Part shown: piece after piece, positions 29,700-42,931 of the stretch
How positions within the stretch are numbered: the first letter of the stretch is position 1
Layout: each line of letters starts with the position of its first letter
Source of the DNA: Octopus sinensis
Taxonomy: Eukaryota
Assembly: GCF_006345805.1 (NCBI RefSeq)
Contig: NC_043014.1
Location: 40,672,001-40,736,000, forward strand
Reading direction: 5' to 3'
Length of the DNA stretch: 64,000 nt
Notes under the pieces: model-generated
Told to the model about the DNA's origin: nothing
Databases searched by the model: none
What the model saw: the letters and a program-made list of their open reading frames with translations, nothing else
Program-made: the position numbers and the translations under genes

Positions 29700-29965
29700 T
29701 ACTGGTCAAACTCTGGCTGATTATTGATCACTATGGTAGTGAATTGACAGGGATTCCTTGATGTGAAGGTTTCCTATATTTCTCTCCATGGCCAGTATGG
29801 GAGAATCTATATCACTAGTGGCACCACATTTAAGGATGTGTTTGTGGAAGGAAGATGCATGTGCTGTCAGGTGTTCCTTCATTTTTATGATGAATGTTTG
29901 GATTGTACTACTGACGAAACAATCATTGCATAATTGGTAGATCACATACATCTGCAGATACTTGT
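29700..29965 (-). mobile_element. Penelope-like GIY-YIG endonuclease relic
   Basis: VIYQLCNDCFVSSTIQTFIIKMKEHL...ILAMERNIGNLHIKESLSI resembles VVY..C..C..YVG.T.R.L..R.KEH...L.IKEAL.I. Confidence 0.6.
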
Positions 29966-30008
29966 ACTGAGAGTTGATTAAAATGGTATCAAAAAGTTCC
30001 AGGACTAG

Positions 30009-30452
30009 TCTATATATATATAAAAGTGGCATTGGGTCAAAATTGTGTGCACATTTTGCCATGTCAGAGGTTGGCGGCTAGACCAGTAGTTGGATCGAGC
30101 TGAAAATTGACACAGGCATAGAAGGCGTGATGAGGCAGAGAGTTGAGTAGGTTTAAACTCGCCCTATGGAAAGATGCGGTTGCTATGGCAAGAAGAGTGA
30201 GTTTTGCGTAAATTGGAGCAGTAGTTATTGAGATATTCGGGGTTTGGGGTATAAATACCCAAACGGTGCATAATAAGAAAATGATCCGAATTTAACTTTA
30301 TCCTGAAAGGGAAGAAACTCTAACCTTTTGATGTCACATTTGTTGAAACCATGTGAAATAACATGGAAAAGAAACAAAACCCACGAAACAAAGCTCTGTT
30401 GTTCGGAAACTAAGAGGTTTCCCAGTGACCCAATGGGCCATGGGTAGTCTAG
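30009..30452 (+). mobile_element. Non-autonomous Helitron-like element in the mariner 3' end
   Basis: 5' TC(TA)n, subterminal hairpin CCCA...TGGG, 3' CTAG, no TSD. Removal restores the mariner GGACTAG|TTATGG (target G^T rather than A^T). Confidence 0.7.
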
Positions 30453-32504
30453 TTATGGTTAATAACACATAACTTATTCACCTAAGTTTTAACATTATCT
30501 CTTTCAAAAATAGCCTCTTTGCACAGCAATACACTGGTTTCGGCATTCCTGCCACTTTTGGAATCCAGCCTGGAAGTTGTTTCCCATAAGTGAGTCGAGG
30601 ACCTTCAGCAATTTGCTTTTGATCTCAACAGTAATGTTAAGACGGTGACCTTTGAGCTGCATTTTCATCTTGGAGAACAGATGGAAGTCTGCAGGTGCTA
30701 AATATGGTTAATAGGGTGAGTGCGAGAGTGATACCATGTTGTTTTTGGTGAGAAACTCATGAGTGAGGAGAGATTGGGGACAGGGTGTACTTTAGAAGGT
30801 ATGAAGAAATCTTCAGGGAAGATTGCAAGTCGTGGATGGACAACGAAAAAGTAAGACTATTATTACGTAAATTGGTACCGGCTGAACATGAAACTTATTG
30901 TAATTTCATACTATCCCAAAAAACTAGTGAAATTTGTTCCCAGGAAACAGATGAACTACTATAAAGAATACTCAATGATAAGAGTTCCCTATTTAACACT
31001 TGATGGGAGTACTGGAATCTAGTTAAAAAAGAGGGTGACAACTTTGTCATGTATGCTGGGACCGTAAACTGAATGTGCAAAACATTTAAACTGAAGGAAC
31101 TAACTCTTGGTATGTTTAAGAGCCTTATTTTTGAACAAGGGCTTATGGCAAACAAAGATGTGGAGATATGTGCAAGAATTCTCACAAAACTTGAACAAGT
31201 GGACTAAAGTTTGACCCTGCAGACAGTTGCAGAGGAGTATCAAAGAATGGTAAACTTACATCAGGACATAAAGAAAATTGAAGAGAAGGAGTTCTCACAA
31301 GTACAAGCATGTTGACTGGGAAGGTATAAGCAAAAAAAAAAATGTTAAAACCAAACCCATGCTATTGGTGTGGAGCCCTACATTTCAAGAAGGATTGTCC
31401 TTTCAAAACGCAAAAAATGTTACAGTTGCCAAAAAAAAAAAAGGACACAAAGAGCTCACATTACAGAGCAAAGTTAGGAAGGGCGAACATAAAAAAAATT
31501 CTAAAGTTTTCTCAATGGAAAGTAGAAGCAACATCAAAAAGAAGAAATTTGTACATGTAAAAGTAAACGAAGTGAATATTAAATTACAACTAGATACTGG
31601 TAGCGACACCTCGATTATTAATACCAATATGTGGAAAAGAATTGGGAAACCTATGTTAAGAAAAACCTCAAAAATTGCATGAGGCGTGACAGGTAAAAAA
31701 CTACACTTCACAGGTGAAATGTGGAAAAACCTGTAGAGCATAAGTTTTCATGTTAAAAAATGCAACCAATCTGTTTAGTATGGACTAGTTGGAGTTGTTT
31801 GACTTATGAGACCTCGCCCCATAAGTCTGTTCTGTAAAACAAAATAAATGGTCATCCTGCCAGTGAAAATAACTCAGCAGCTGAATTGAAGTAAATATCA
31901 AAAAATTGTTTCTTGAAGTGCTGTTGGATAAATTATATCTCTTTTCTAAGACTGAGTCCTGTTTTCAAATAAAGGAAAACGTCATACCTGTGTTCAAACC
32001 TAATAGAAAGGTACCATTTGCTGTGATAAAGCAGGTAGAGGAAGAATTAGTCAGACTGGAGAAAATGGGAAGTATTCAAAGAGTAGACTATTCTAAGTGG
32101 ATAGCACCAACTGTGTGCATTAAAAAAAAAAAACTAAAACAAAATCAGGGTGTGCGCCGATTTTTTACTGGTTTGAATGACTGACTAAAAATGTGCCACT
32201 ATCCTCTGCCTACTCCGGAGGATATTTTTGCAAAATTAAATGGTGGCAAAATATTTTCGGAACTGGACCTGTCTAATGCATATCTACAAATTAAAGTAGA
32301 TGAGGAATGCTCAAAGCTTCTAACAGTGAATATGCACAGAGGACTATACAAACATAATAGATTGCCATTTGGTCTGAAGGTTGCACCTGCAATATTTCAA
32401 TAGGTTATGGATGCAATTCCATACTGCGATGATGTATTAATTAGAAGTGAATCTCATGATCACCATATCAAACATGTGAAGTGTGTTTCTCAAAATATAA
32501 GAGA

Positions 32505-32831
32505 CTAGCAGTATAGCCTGGCGTTGCTCAGGTTTGTTTTCTTTTTGACCCTTTAGAATTGGAATTTTTCAAAAGTAAATCTTTTGCATTATGTAGCTTG
32601 TTATTCTCTTTAAGTGAACAGCAGTCAAAAAACCGTAAAAAATAGGGATTTTCATAGAAAAAAAAGCAACTTTTTGATGTAAATAATTTTTGGTCTTAAC
32701 ATGGTCTGATTTGAATCTTTTCTTCTTCGGAATTTTGGTCAACTTGCGCCACAAGGTCTCAGAGGAGATAGAGTTAGTTTAAGGCTACCAAACCTGCCAT
32801 ACACGGACAACTTCAGCTTTATATATAAAGA
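32505..32831 (-). mobile_element. Non-autonomous Helitron in Gypsy RT
   Basis: Minus strand starts TCTTTATATAT and ends with a GC hairpin + CTAG. Inserted exactly at A^T with no TSD; removal restores IRDYGFTFSEEKCEF. Confidence 0.85.
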
Positions 32832-33662
32832 TTACGGTTTCACATTCAGTGAGGAGAAATGTGAATTCTTTTTGCCTAAAAGTAAATATTTAGGACAAAT
32901 TATAGATAAAAATGGAAGACGACCTGACCTGTCAAGGGCAGATGCAATTAAAAATATACCTCGCTCAACTAACATAGCAACATTACAAACTTTTCTTGGT
33001 CTAGCAAACTATTATCAAAATTACATATCAAACATGTGTGAATAGAGAGCTCCACTTAATAATTTGCTAAAGAAAGATGCCTAATGGCATTGGTCAAATA
33101 AACTGTCAAAAGGCATTTCAGGATATTAAAAAAATATAAATTTGGGCTTTGTGGCTGGCTCATTTCAATCCTGCAGCAGAGATTGTTGTAGCTTCTGATG
33201 CTCCTGAATAGAGCAAAGGAGCAGTTTTGCTACACAAATATGAAGATGGTAATATGGAGGCAGTGGTTCATGTCTCATGTATTCTGATTGCAGCAGGAAA
33301 AAAAAAAAAACTATAGTCAGATTGAGAAACAAGCTCTAGCAATTATCTTTGCCATGAAGAGATTTCACAGATTTCTCCACAGTAGAAGTTTTTGGCTTCA
33401 GACATCCCACTGACCGTTACTATAAATTTTTGGATTGAAGAAAGGATTTCTTACCCATGTGGGTAACAGATAACAATGCTGGGATACAATATTGTTAAAT
33501 TATAACTTTAAGTTGGAGTATATTCCTTCTAAGGAAATTGGCCTTGCAGACTGTTTATCTAGGCTAATTCTGAAGAATGCAGAACTGCTGGAAGATACGG
33601 TGATAGCTGCATTACAATCAGGAAAGGAAATTAAAAACATTATGTGTAATATCATTCAAGAG

Positions 33663-34077
33663 TGACTCTTTACTCTCTACTCCTTTACTTGTTTCAATCA
33701 TTTTGACTATGGCCATGCTGGAGCACCACCTTTAGTCGACCAAATCGACCCTAGGACTTATTCTTTGTAAGCCCAGTACTTATTCTATCGGTCTCTTTTT
33801 GCTGAACTGCTAAGTTTCAGGGACGTAAACACACCAGCATCGATTGTCAAGCGATGTTGGGGGACAAACACAGACACACAAACATATACACATACATATA
33901 TATATATACATATATACGATGAGCTTCTTTCAGTTTCTGTCTACCAAATCCACTCACAAGGCTTTGGTCGGTCTGAGGCTATAGTAGAAGACACTTGCCT
34001 AAGGTGCCACGCTGTGGGACTGAACCCGGAACCATGTGGTTGGTAAGCAAGCTACTTATCACACAGCCACTCCTACT
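33663..34077 (-). mobile_element. SINE family 1 copy nested in the Gypsy element
   Basis: Interrupts pol between RNase H and integrase. Confidence 0.9.
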
Positions 34078-34399
34078 GTACAAGATATAAAAAGTAAATC
34101 GACAGTGGACAAATACATCATAAAAATGAAGGAAACCTTGAAAAATAAACAAATGAGAAACATGAATGTGAACCATTTTTCACTCTGTGACGATGTATTA
34201 ATGTATGCACAAAGAGTGGTAGTACCAACTGCACTACAGAAACGGATATTACATGAATTTCATACTGGACACCTGGGGTGTCAAGAATGAAAGCTTTGAT
34301 GAGTTATGTGTATTGACTGACAATGGACTAGGACATTGAAAATTTGGTAAAATCCTGTAGAGGTTGTGTGCTAGCAGCCAAAGCACCACCTGTGAAATA

Positions 34400-34628
34400 G
34401 CTATTTCTTTATTACCCACAAGGGGCCAAACATAGAGGGGACAAACAAGGACAGACGTAGATATTAAGTCGATTACATCGAACCCCAGTATGTAACTGGT
34501 ACTTAATTTATCCACCCCGAGAGGATGAAAGGCAAAGTGGACCTCGGCGGAATTTGAACTCACAACGTAACAACAGACGAAATACCGCTAAGCATTTCGC
34601 CCGGCGTGCTAACGATTCTGCCAGCTCG
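34400..34628 (-). mobile_element. SINE family 3 copy in Gypsy integrase with a 14-bp TSD
   Basis: GGCGAGCTGGCAGAATCGTTAGCACGCCGGGCGAAATG head, GAGTTCAAATTCC box; TSD CCACCTGTGAAATA at 34386-34399 and 34629-34642. Confidence 0.9.
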
Positions 34629-35885
34629 CCACCTGTGAAATACCAGTCGCGGCCTGAGACGGATAGTCCATGGTCAAGGATACATATTGACTATGCCAGA
34701 CCAGTGAATGGAAGTATGTAGGTGCAGTTGACCCATCTTGAAGGCAACAATAAAGTTCTTGCACAAACTTTTTGCCCAATATGGTGTTCCGGACACCATA
34801 GTATCAGACAATGGAACACAATTTACAGGATACAAGTTCAAGAAATTCTGCGAAATGTTTGCAATCAAGCATGTTTATCCCACCCTACCACCCAAGATCA
34901 AATGGGCAAGCAAAATGTTTTGTAGATACTTTCAAGCGAGTGCTAAAAAAAACAAGGAATGAGTTAGGATATGATGAAGCGCTAATTAAATTCTTAAGGG
35001 TGTACAAAATAACACATAATCCAAATACCAGTTCAGGCAAATCAGCTGTAGAGCTAATGTTCTCTTGAAAGATTAAATTGATCTTTGACAAATCGTTGCC
35101 AAAGAAAAGAGCATATAGAGAAAATACAAAGAATTCAACTAAACATTTTGAGGTCAGAGACAAAGTCCATTTCAAAGTATACAAGAATGGTAAAGAGAGT
35201 TGATAGTATGGTGTAGTGACTAAAAGAATTGGAAACATGGTGTATTTAACAAAAGGCCAATGATAGGAGCATAATCAACACCTAAATCAATTAAAGGTTA
35301 GACATACAGAAGAGCAGAAGGAAATCCCAATGGAAGTGTTTTACAACATGTTTGATGTGCCAGCACTGAAAGAGATTGAGCCTATGAGCAGTAACAGAAA
35401 ATATAAAGAGACTGAACATTCAGAAATAATTCCTAAACAGAAAAGGTACTGAACTCTCTAAGGAAGCAAAATTTCAAGAACGGAGATGTGTCGGAAAGAA
35501 AAAAGAAAAAAAAAAAAAAAAAATTTCGTTTTCTATGGAAGTTGAAATTTCAAAAGGGAAGGTGTTGTAGTGAGAGTCATGACACCTCCTGCAAGAAAAG
35601 GCACTAGCAGTCTGAGTGAGATACAAACAGAGTAGTTGCTAATTGTGGGAAGTTGTAAGGTGTTGTTTTGGTATGTCCTCCCTCAGTGCTTCAAAATACT
35701 GTAGAAGAACTCTCAGTTGATGGTCTGACCCTGGGGTAGGAATTCTCGATGCACAGTACCACATTTCCAGGGGCAACACTTATGGGAAGTCTTCCAGATC
35801 GCTCATTGCTTTCCAGGGATGCTCTTCCATTTTTGAAGAGCCTGTGTCATTTGAAACACTGTATATGACCCATTGCTTCATCACC

Positions 35886-36400
35886 TGGGTATGGCCTGGT
35901 CAGCCTGTAATGACATGCATAAGATCTGGTCATCAAATCTAAGTAGAGACTTCAAACTTGAAATCTTCAAAGCCACAGTCGAACCAATTCTACTATATAG
36001 CTTGGAAACCTGGACGTTATCAAAGAAGCTTGAGAGGCGGTTGGATGGAACCTACACTCACCTCCTTATGAGAGCCCAAAATCTCTCGTGGAAGCATCAT
36101 CCAACCAAAATGCAAATATATGGGAAACTACCACCTGTGTCATCTCTTGTGAAAGGTAGGAGAGTCCAGTTTGCTGGACATTGTTGTAGAGCTGAAAACG
36201 AGGGAATTTCTACTCTTCTCTTCTGGAAGCCATCTACTCGCAAAACCAGAAGGCGCACTCTCTCCTACACTGATGTAATCTCCAGGGATATAGGCATCCA
36301 GCAACAGGACCTCCATAATGCTATGATGGACCGTGAAGTCTGGTATAGCATGGTAAATTCCATTGTCTCGACTACGGTCGAACAACGTTGATGATGATAA
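35886..36400 (+). mobile_element. 5'-truncated RTE-clade LINE
   Basis: 172-aa C-terminus (ATVEPILLYSLETWTL...RRVQFAGHC...DREVW), (TGA)n tail, 12-bp TSD TGCTTCATCACC (35874-35885, 36401-36412). Confidence 0.92.
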
Positions 36401-36691
36401 TGCTTCATCACCATAAGCTTGCTAAAGCATGCTCATTGTCTTTGTAACAGACTTCCCAAGTTTAACATAAAATTTTGTGTTGGCTCTTTCTTCCTGTCCA
36501 TGACAAAAATCGCAGACTACAGCATACATGTGATCATAAAAACACAAATTTCACAACTTTCAAAGTAAACACAGCACTGTCACTTGGTACACTGCCACAT
36601 GAAGGTCATTGCTAGCTCTCACTGTGCACGTAGCCCTGTGCTGCGATGTTGGCATGGTACAGAATTAGTCCTGGAAATTTGTGTGCGTGTA

Positions 36692-36774
<83 letters not shown>

Positions 36775-36775
36775 G

Positions 36776-36813
<38 letters not shown>

Positions 36814-36923
36814 TGTATATATACATAATTAATAATATCAGAGTAATAAAGATTTTAGAAAATTTTACTACCAGTGGCCTAGCGTATAGAAAAAATTAGT
36901 CAATAGACTATATATTATTCATA

Positions 36924-37138
36924 TAAAATACAGTGTGCATTTAAACACATTAAGAGGTTTCCATCATAGGAATCATTTATGCTAGAAAGAATAGCTAAAG
37001 TCCAAACCACTAATTAGGGATAAATTCTCGAAAGGAATTTATCCCTAATTAGTGGTTTGGACTTTAGCTGTTCTTTCTAGCATAAAGGATTCATATGATG
37101 GAAACCTCTTAATGTGTTTAAATGTACACTGTATTTTA
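36924..37138. repeat. Fold-back palindrome, ~105-bp arms, ~7-nt loop
   Basis: ...TAGGGATAAATTC tcgaaag GAATTTATCCCTA... Confidence 0.96.
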
Positions 37139-37144
37139 CATATA

Positions 37145-37177
<33 letters not shown>

Positions 37178-37190
37178 GATAAATAGATAT

Positions 37191-37222
<32 letters not shown>

Positions 37223-37243
37223 GTAGGAAGGTAGGTAGGTAGG

Positions 37244-37281
<38 letters not shown>

Positions 37282-37294
37282 AACAGGCAGACGG

Positions 37295-37325
<31 letters not shown>

Positions 37326-37421
37326 AGATGCACTGGACTGTATGACAATACCAAAAGGTTTGGGTACTGTAGATAAGTTCTACATTCCACTGCTGTTTGA
37401 TGTGCTGTGATAATAACCCCC

Positions 37422-37796
37422 ATAACTACAGATAGTCTAGTTTGTGGAGTTTGTGTCATATAAAAGGAACACAGAAAGCATAACTGATATTTATGCTATA
37501 TGTAGTGTACACTTTTCAGTAAGCCAACTACCATTATTACACAAGCTGGTAGGCTCCGTTATGTACTTGGCTCACTTCATCAGTATTATAAGCAAAACTA
37601 TAATAATAAAGTTGCAGGCACTGTATGCAAATAAGTACCATTAGATTATTAGAGCAGAATTGTAGAATATATGATGAAAGAAGGCGAGCAAGAATGCATG
37701 AGAGGGGAGTGTGATGGGGTGGAGAAAAGAAGGCTATAATGGCCATACCTCCCAATATATGCTCTGGTGGACCCATATGTAATCACGTATTTTTAC
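37422..37796 (+). repeat. ~375-bp direct duplication; partner at 40861-41236
   Basis: Near-identical by eye; identical ORF-track peptides starting MEFVSYKRNTESITDIYAICSVHFSV. Confidence 0.95.
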
Positions 37797-37929
37797 ATAA
37801 GCACACATACACAAATGTGGTAGGCAGAAAAGAGGAGAGAGAGAGAGAGAAACAGATTTAAGGTAATGTATTATCAATAGTAAAAACAATAGCAACAAAT
37901 AGTAATAACATAAAAATAATAGAGAGTGA

Positions 37930-37974
<45 letters not shown>

Positions 37975-38640
37975 GTAAGAAAGTACTGGCTGAAACGAAG
38001 AGGAGATAGAAAAGTAATGAAAGCATGAAAACAAAGGATAAAAGCAAAAGCTGCCAAGATGAAGAAAATACAACATAATTGAACAAAATAACAAAATATA
38101 TTGTTTGAAGCAGATCAAAGTAGACTTTACAAGGAACTAAATGGAGATGTTGCAGTGAATGTACCACCTAACAAAGAAGAGACAAAGGAATTCTGGAGAA
38201 GCATTTGGAGCCACAAAACGAAGCACAATGGCAATGCAGAGTGGTTAAAAAAGATAAAGGCAAATAATGCAGATTTTACCAAAACAAAGGAACGTAGAGA
38301 TCACAGGAGAAAAATTGAAAAAATGTTTTGAAAGGGATGCTAACCAAGCTGGAACTCCCCTGAATCAGATTGGGTCCAGGGATTTTAGCTAAGAAGTTTC
38401 ACTGCACTTCTTGATAGAATGAGTACACAACTAAATAATTGTATTGAGACGGGTGGTGTTCCTGGATGGATGACAAAAGGCAGGACACTTGTTGATAATG
38501 AAAGATCAAAAGAAAGGAAATACAAGTAACTACCAACTAATAATTTGCCTTCCACCTACTAACAGGTGTTATTGCAAAGGATATGTACAAATAGCTTTGA
38601 GGAGGGAGATCTACTGCCAGAAGAACAGAAGGTTCTAAAG

Positions 38641-38864
38641 AGACAAATGTCATAATATGCATAGGTCAACAAGTCAAAAGACAAATGCCCTAATATATAT
38701 AGGTCAACAAGTCAAAAGACAAATACCCTAATATATAGGTCAACAAGTCAAAAGACAAATGTCCTAATATATATAGGTCAACAAGTCAAAAACAAATGCC
38801 CTAATATATATATGTCAACCAGTCAAAAGACAAATGCCCTAATATATATAGGTCAACAAGTCAA
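38641..38864 (+). repeat. Six ~38-bp tandem units inside the LINE
   Basis: AGACAAATGCCCTAATATATATAGGTCAACAAGTCAAA repeated. Confidence 0.95.
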
Positions 38865-39557
38865 GCAGAAATAAAAACTGAGCAACTGTTTGGAGTGATT
38901 ACCACAATCATGGATTCAAGAATGCCTCAGTATACTTGGGATAGCTGAGAATGTTGTTCAGCTCTTAAAAGGCAGTATGCCAAAATGGAAAATTATAAGA
39001 ACTTCAGGCCAAGATAAGTTAGGTGAAATCAACATAAAAAGGGGAATATTGCAAGGTGACACATTCTCTCCACTGTTATTTGTAGTTGCTCTTATTTCTC
39101 TTCTCTAACATTCAGCTTGGGAGAGAGAGGCAAATCATGCAATGAATTCAGCAGTGGTGAGAAAATAAACCACTTCCTGTGTTTAAGAATGACCTGAAAT
39201 TATTTGCCAAAATTGAGAAACCTTTGAGAAACATTGGTTCAAACTGTTACGATTGTAATTGATGACATAGGTCTGAATTTTGAAATAGATAAATGTGCAG
39301 TTCTAGTAATAAAAAGGAGGAAGATATGCAAGTCAGAAGTGTGTAAACTCCCAGAAGAGACATCAATCAGAGCAATGGATGAGGTTGACAGTAACAAATA
39401 CCTTGGTGTATTGGAGTTTGATAGAATTCTTTGTCAAGATGTGAAGAAGGAGGTGAGAAATGAATATCTCAGGAGAGTGAAAAAGGTGCTAAGCTGAAAA
39501 CTAAATGGAGCTAAAAGCATTACTGCAGTAAACAACATGAACAGTGTTTCTAATAAT

Positions 39558-39723
39558 AGGTGCAAGAGTGGCTGTGTGGTAAGTAGCTTGCTAACCAACC
39601 ACATGGTTCCGGGTTCAGTCCCACTGCGTGGCATCTTGGGCAAGTGTCTTCTGCTATAGCCCCAGGCCAACCAATGCCTTGTGAGTGGATTTGGTAGATG
39701 GAAACTGAAAGAAGTCCGCTGTA

Positions 39724-39766
<43 letters not shown>

Positions 39767-39987
39767 TTGTGTGTCTGTGTTTGTCCCCCTAGCATTGCTT
39801 GACAACTGATGCTGGTGTGTTTACGTCCCCGTCACTTAGCGGTTCGGCAAAAGAGACCGACAGAATAAATACTGGGCTTACAAAGAATAAGTCCCGGGGT
39901 CGATTTGCTCGACTAAAAGGTGGTGCTCCAGCATGGCCGCAGTCAAATGACTGAAACAAGTAAAAGAGTAAAAGAGTAAAGAGTAAA
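39558..39987 (+). mobile_element. SINE family 1 copy nested in R4/Dong LINE
   Basis: Same sequence as the other copies. Confidence 0.9.
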
Positions 39988-40069
39988 TACAATATTCTGC
40001 TGCTTTCCTGAACTGGCCTAAGGAAGAACTAAGAAACATAGACTGTAAAACCAGAAAGACATCCTAGAG

Positions 40070-40288
40070 CAGTGGTTTTCAACCAGGGTTCCGTGGAACC
40101 TTAGGGTTCCGCCAGTACAGTCCAGGGGTTCCACAAGAAGTTACAAAACTGCTAAAATCAGCAGTAATTTTTAATTCTCCTGTGCAGATATGTGTGCATA
40201 AGACTATTAAATTATTGCACAGGGGTTCCTCGAGCCAGTGGAATGTTTCCTTGGGGTTGCGCTCCAGCAAAAAGGTTGAAAAGCACTG
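40070..40288. mobile_element. hAT MITE nested in R4/Dong LINE
   Basis: TIR CAGTG(G/C)TTTTCAACC; perfect 8-bp TSD TCCTAGAG. Removal restores HPRESIDRLY. Confidence 0.92.
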
Positions 40289-41352
40289 TCCTAGAGAGAG
40301 TATTGATAGGTTATACAAACCTCGAAAGGAGGGAGAGATAGGTCTGATATCAAAAAAAGACTGCACAAAGATGGTAGAACATAATATAGAAGATTATGTG
40401 AGAAATAACACAGAAAAACTGATTTCAGCTGCCAGTGGAGAGTAGAAAGAAGCTGTGGAAATTGCAATGGAATACAAGGAAAGAAGAAAAGAGTGAGAAA
40501 GAACATCTGGGGGAAAGAATAACATGATCAGCATCTCAGACAAATGCAGTATGTCGCAGTAGATGAATCTTGGTTATGGCTGAAGAATGGAGAGCTTAAG
40601 AAAGAAAGAGGACTCATAATGGTTGCTCAAAGCCAGTCATTATGGACGAATGTCACCCAGGCAAAAATAGATAAAACTGTCAAAAGTGCTAACCGCAGAA
40701 TATGTCTGAGAAAGCAGGATCTGCATATGATAAGCTCCTGTAGTCCTTTGGCAAAGAAGGAATATTGATGTAAATATAAGCAAACCTATAATAATAAAGA
40801 AAGTTGCAGGCCCTGTATGCAAATAAGTGCCATTAGATTATTAGAGCAGAATAGTAGAATATAACTACAGATGGTCTAGTTTGTGGAGTTTGTGTCATAT
40901 AAAAGGAACACAGAAAGCATAACTGATATTTATGCTATATGTAGTGTACACTTTTCAGTAATCCAACCACCATTATTACACAAGCTGGTAGGCTCCGTTA
41001 TGTACTTGACTCACTTCATCAGTATTATAAGCAAAACTATAATAATAAAGTTGCAGGCACTGTATGCAAATAAGTACCATTAGATTATTAGAACAGAATT
41101 GTAGAATATATGATGAAAGAAGGCGAGCAAGAATGCATGAGAGGGGAGTGTGATGGGGGTGGAGAAAGGAAGGCTATAATGGCCATACCTCCCAATATAT
41201 GCTCTGGTGGACCCATATGCAGTCACATACTTTTACACTGGGACATATTAGAGCAAAAGGGTTTTGAAGTAGGCAGAAAATGGTATCAACATCAGCCAGA
41301 GAGTGTAATAGAGAGTGATCAGTTTAAGATTTTATGAAACTTCACTGTATAG

Positions 41353-41762
41353 ACTCTTTTACTCTTTTACTTGTTTCAGTCATTTGACTGTGGCCATGCT
41401 GGAGCACCGCCTTTAGTCGAGCAAATCGACCCCGGGACTTATTCTTTGTAAGCCCAGTACTTATTCTATCGGTCTCTTTTGCCGAACCGCTAAGTGACGG
41501 GGACGTAAACACACCAGCATTGGTTGTCAAGCAATGCTAAGGGACAAACACAGACACACAAACATATACACACACACTTATATATATATACATATATACG
41601 ACAGGCTTCTTTCAGTTTCCGTCTACCAAATCCACTCACAAGGCTTTGGTTGGCCCGGGGCTATAGCAGAAGACACTTGCCCAAGATGCCACGCAGTGGG
41701 ACTGAACCCGGAACCATGTGGTTGGTTAGCAAGCTACTTACCACACAGCCACTCCTGCGCCT
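41353..41762 (-). mobile_element. SINE family 1 copy nested in R4/Dong LINE
   Basis: Splits KIL(W)NF...|PDHKLQARKPD. Confidence 0.9.
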
Positions 41763-42406
41763 GATCACAAACTTCAAGCAAGGAAACCAGATATTATCAT
41801 TCTGGACAAAGGGGGAGAAAGAGAGCCTCATCATAGATGTGGCTATGTCTGCAGACATGAATGTAGCAGGCAAAGAATAGAAAATAGGAAAATACCAGAA
41901 TTTTATCAGGGAAATGTGAAAACTGCAGAGGGTTTCTACAAGAGTAATCCCAGTAGTAATAAGTGTCCTCGGTACCATCACCAACAGACTAGGTAGTTTC
42001 CTTATTAAAATCAGTATAACTGCAAGAATTGCATTAATACAAAAATCTGTTCTATTGGGAACAACAGGGATAATGAGAAAGATCCTCAATATCTAAGGAA
42101 ACTGGTTGTGATCCGTTACCAAAATCATTAATTCTAAATGTAACATATTTGTGCATGCCATGGATAATAATAATAATAATCCTTTCTACTAAAGGTACAA
42201 GGTCTGAAATTTGGGGAGAGGGGACTAATTGATTACATCGATCCTAGAGTTTCGCTAGTACCTAATTTATTGACTCTGAAAAGATGAAAGGCAAAGTCGA
42301 CCTCAGCAAAATTTGAACTCAGAACGTAAAGACAGACAATATGCTGCTAAGCATTTCACCTGACATGCTAAAAATTCTGCCAGCTTGCACCCTTAATAAT
42401 AATAAC

Positions 42407-42450
<44 letters not shown>

Positions 42451-42626
42451 TAATAATAATAATAATAATAATATTAATGATAATAATAATAAAATGATAA
42501 AGATAAAGAGATATGACCAAAAAAATTGAATAATATAAAATCAACAGATTGTTCCAACAAGACCAGAAAATGGTTTATCAACAGCTGAATGGAAAGGTTA
42601 ACAGCAGTGAGAGACCAGACGCTGAA

Positions 42627-42931
42627 GTGGAGGCACATGGCCTAGTGGTTAGAGCAGTGCACTTGCGGCCGAGGGATTGTGGGTTCGAATCTCAGACCGG
42701 ACGATGTGTGTGTTTATGAGTAAAACACCTAAGCTCCATGCGGCTCCGGCAGAAGGTAATGGCAAAACTTCTGCTGACTCTTTCGCCACAACTTTCTCTC
42801 ACTCTTTCCTCCTGCATCTTGCAGCTCACCTGCGATGGACCGTCGTCCCATCCAGGTAGGGAACCTATTCGCCAAGGAAACCGGCCCTTATGAGCCAAGC
42901 ATGGCTCGAGAAGGAACAAACAACAAAAAAA
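42627..42931 (+). mobile_element. SINE family 2 copy in the second R4/Dong LINE
   Basis: A/B boxes (GGTTCGAATC); near-perfect TSD CAGACG(C/T)TGAA. Confidence 0.9.

Larger units (their letters stand above)
30790..35660 (+). mobile_element. Degenerate Ty3/Gypsy LTR retrotransposon (gag-PR-RT-RH-IN), 5' LTR deleted
   Basis: Protease LDTGSD (~31590), RT YPLPTPEDIF...LDLSNAYLQ...RLPFGLKVAPAIFQ and YCDD (~32420), RNase H ~33130-33540, integrase WSRIHID/HPRSNGQ 34140-35060; PPT AAAAGGGAAGG 35552-35562 followed by TG. Confidence 0.93.
29983..36682 (-). mobile_element. Mariner (DD34D-type) element, split by nested insertions
   Basis: Inverted TIR remnants (AAAAAGTTCCAGGACTAG ~29990-30008; TTAGTCCTGGAAATTT ~36665-36680). 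HTH KSVTKTMSML*QAYGDEAMG ~36460-35850, HREFLPQGQTIN/LREDI ~35760-35660, C-terminal YLAPADFHLFSKMKMQLKGHR ~30780-30480. Confidence 0.82.
37980..42095 (+). mobile_element. R4/Dong-clade non-LTR retrotransposon (RT + CCHC + restriction-like endonuclease), degenerate
   Basis: FEADQSRLYKEL, EFWRSIW, RGILQGDTFSPLLF, YLGVLE, CRIC..HMISSCSPLAKKEY, RKPDIIILDK..LIIDVA; flanked by (TAA)n. Confidence 0.88.
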
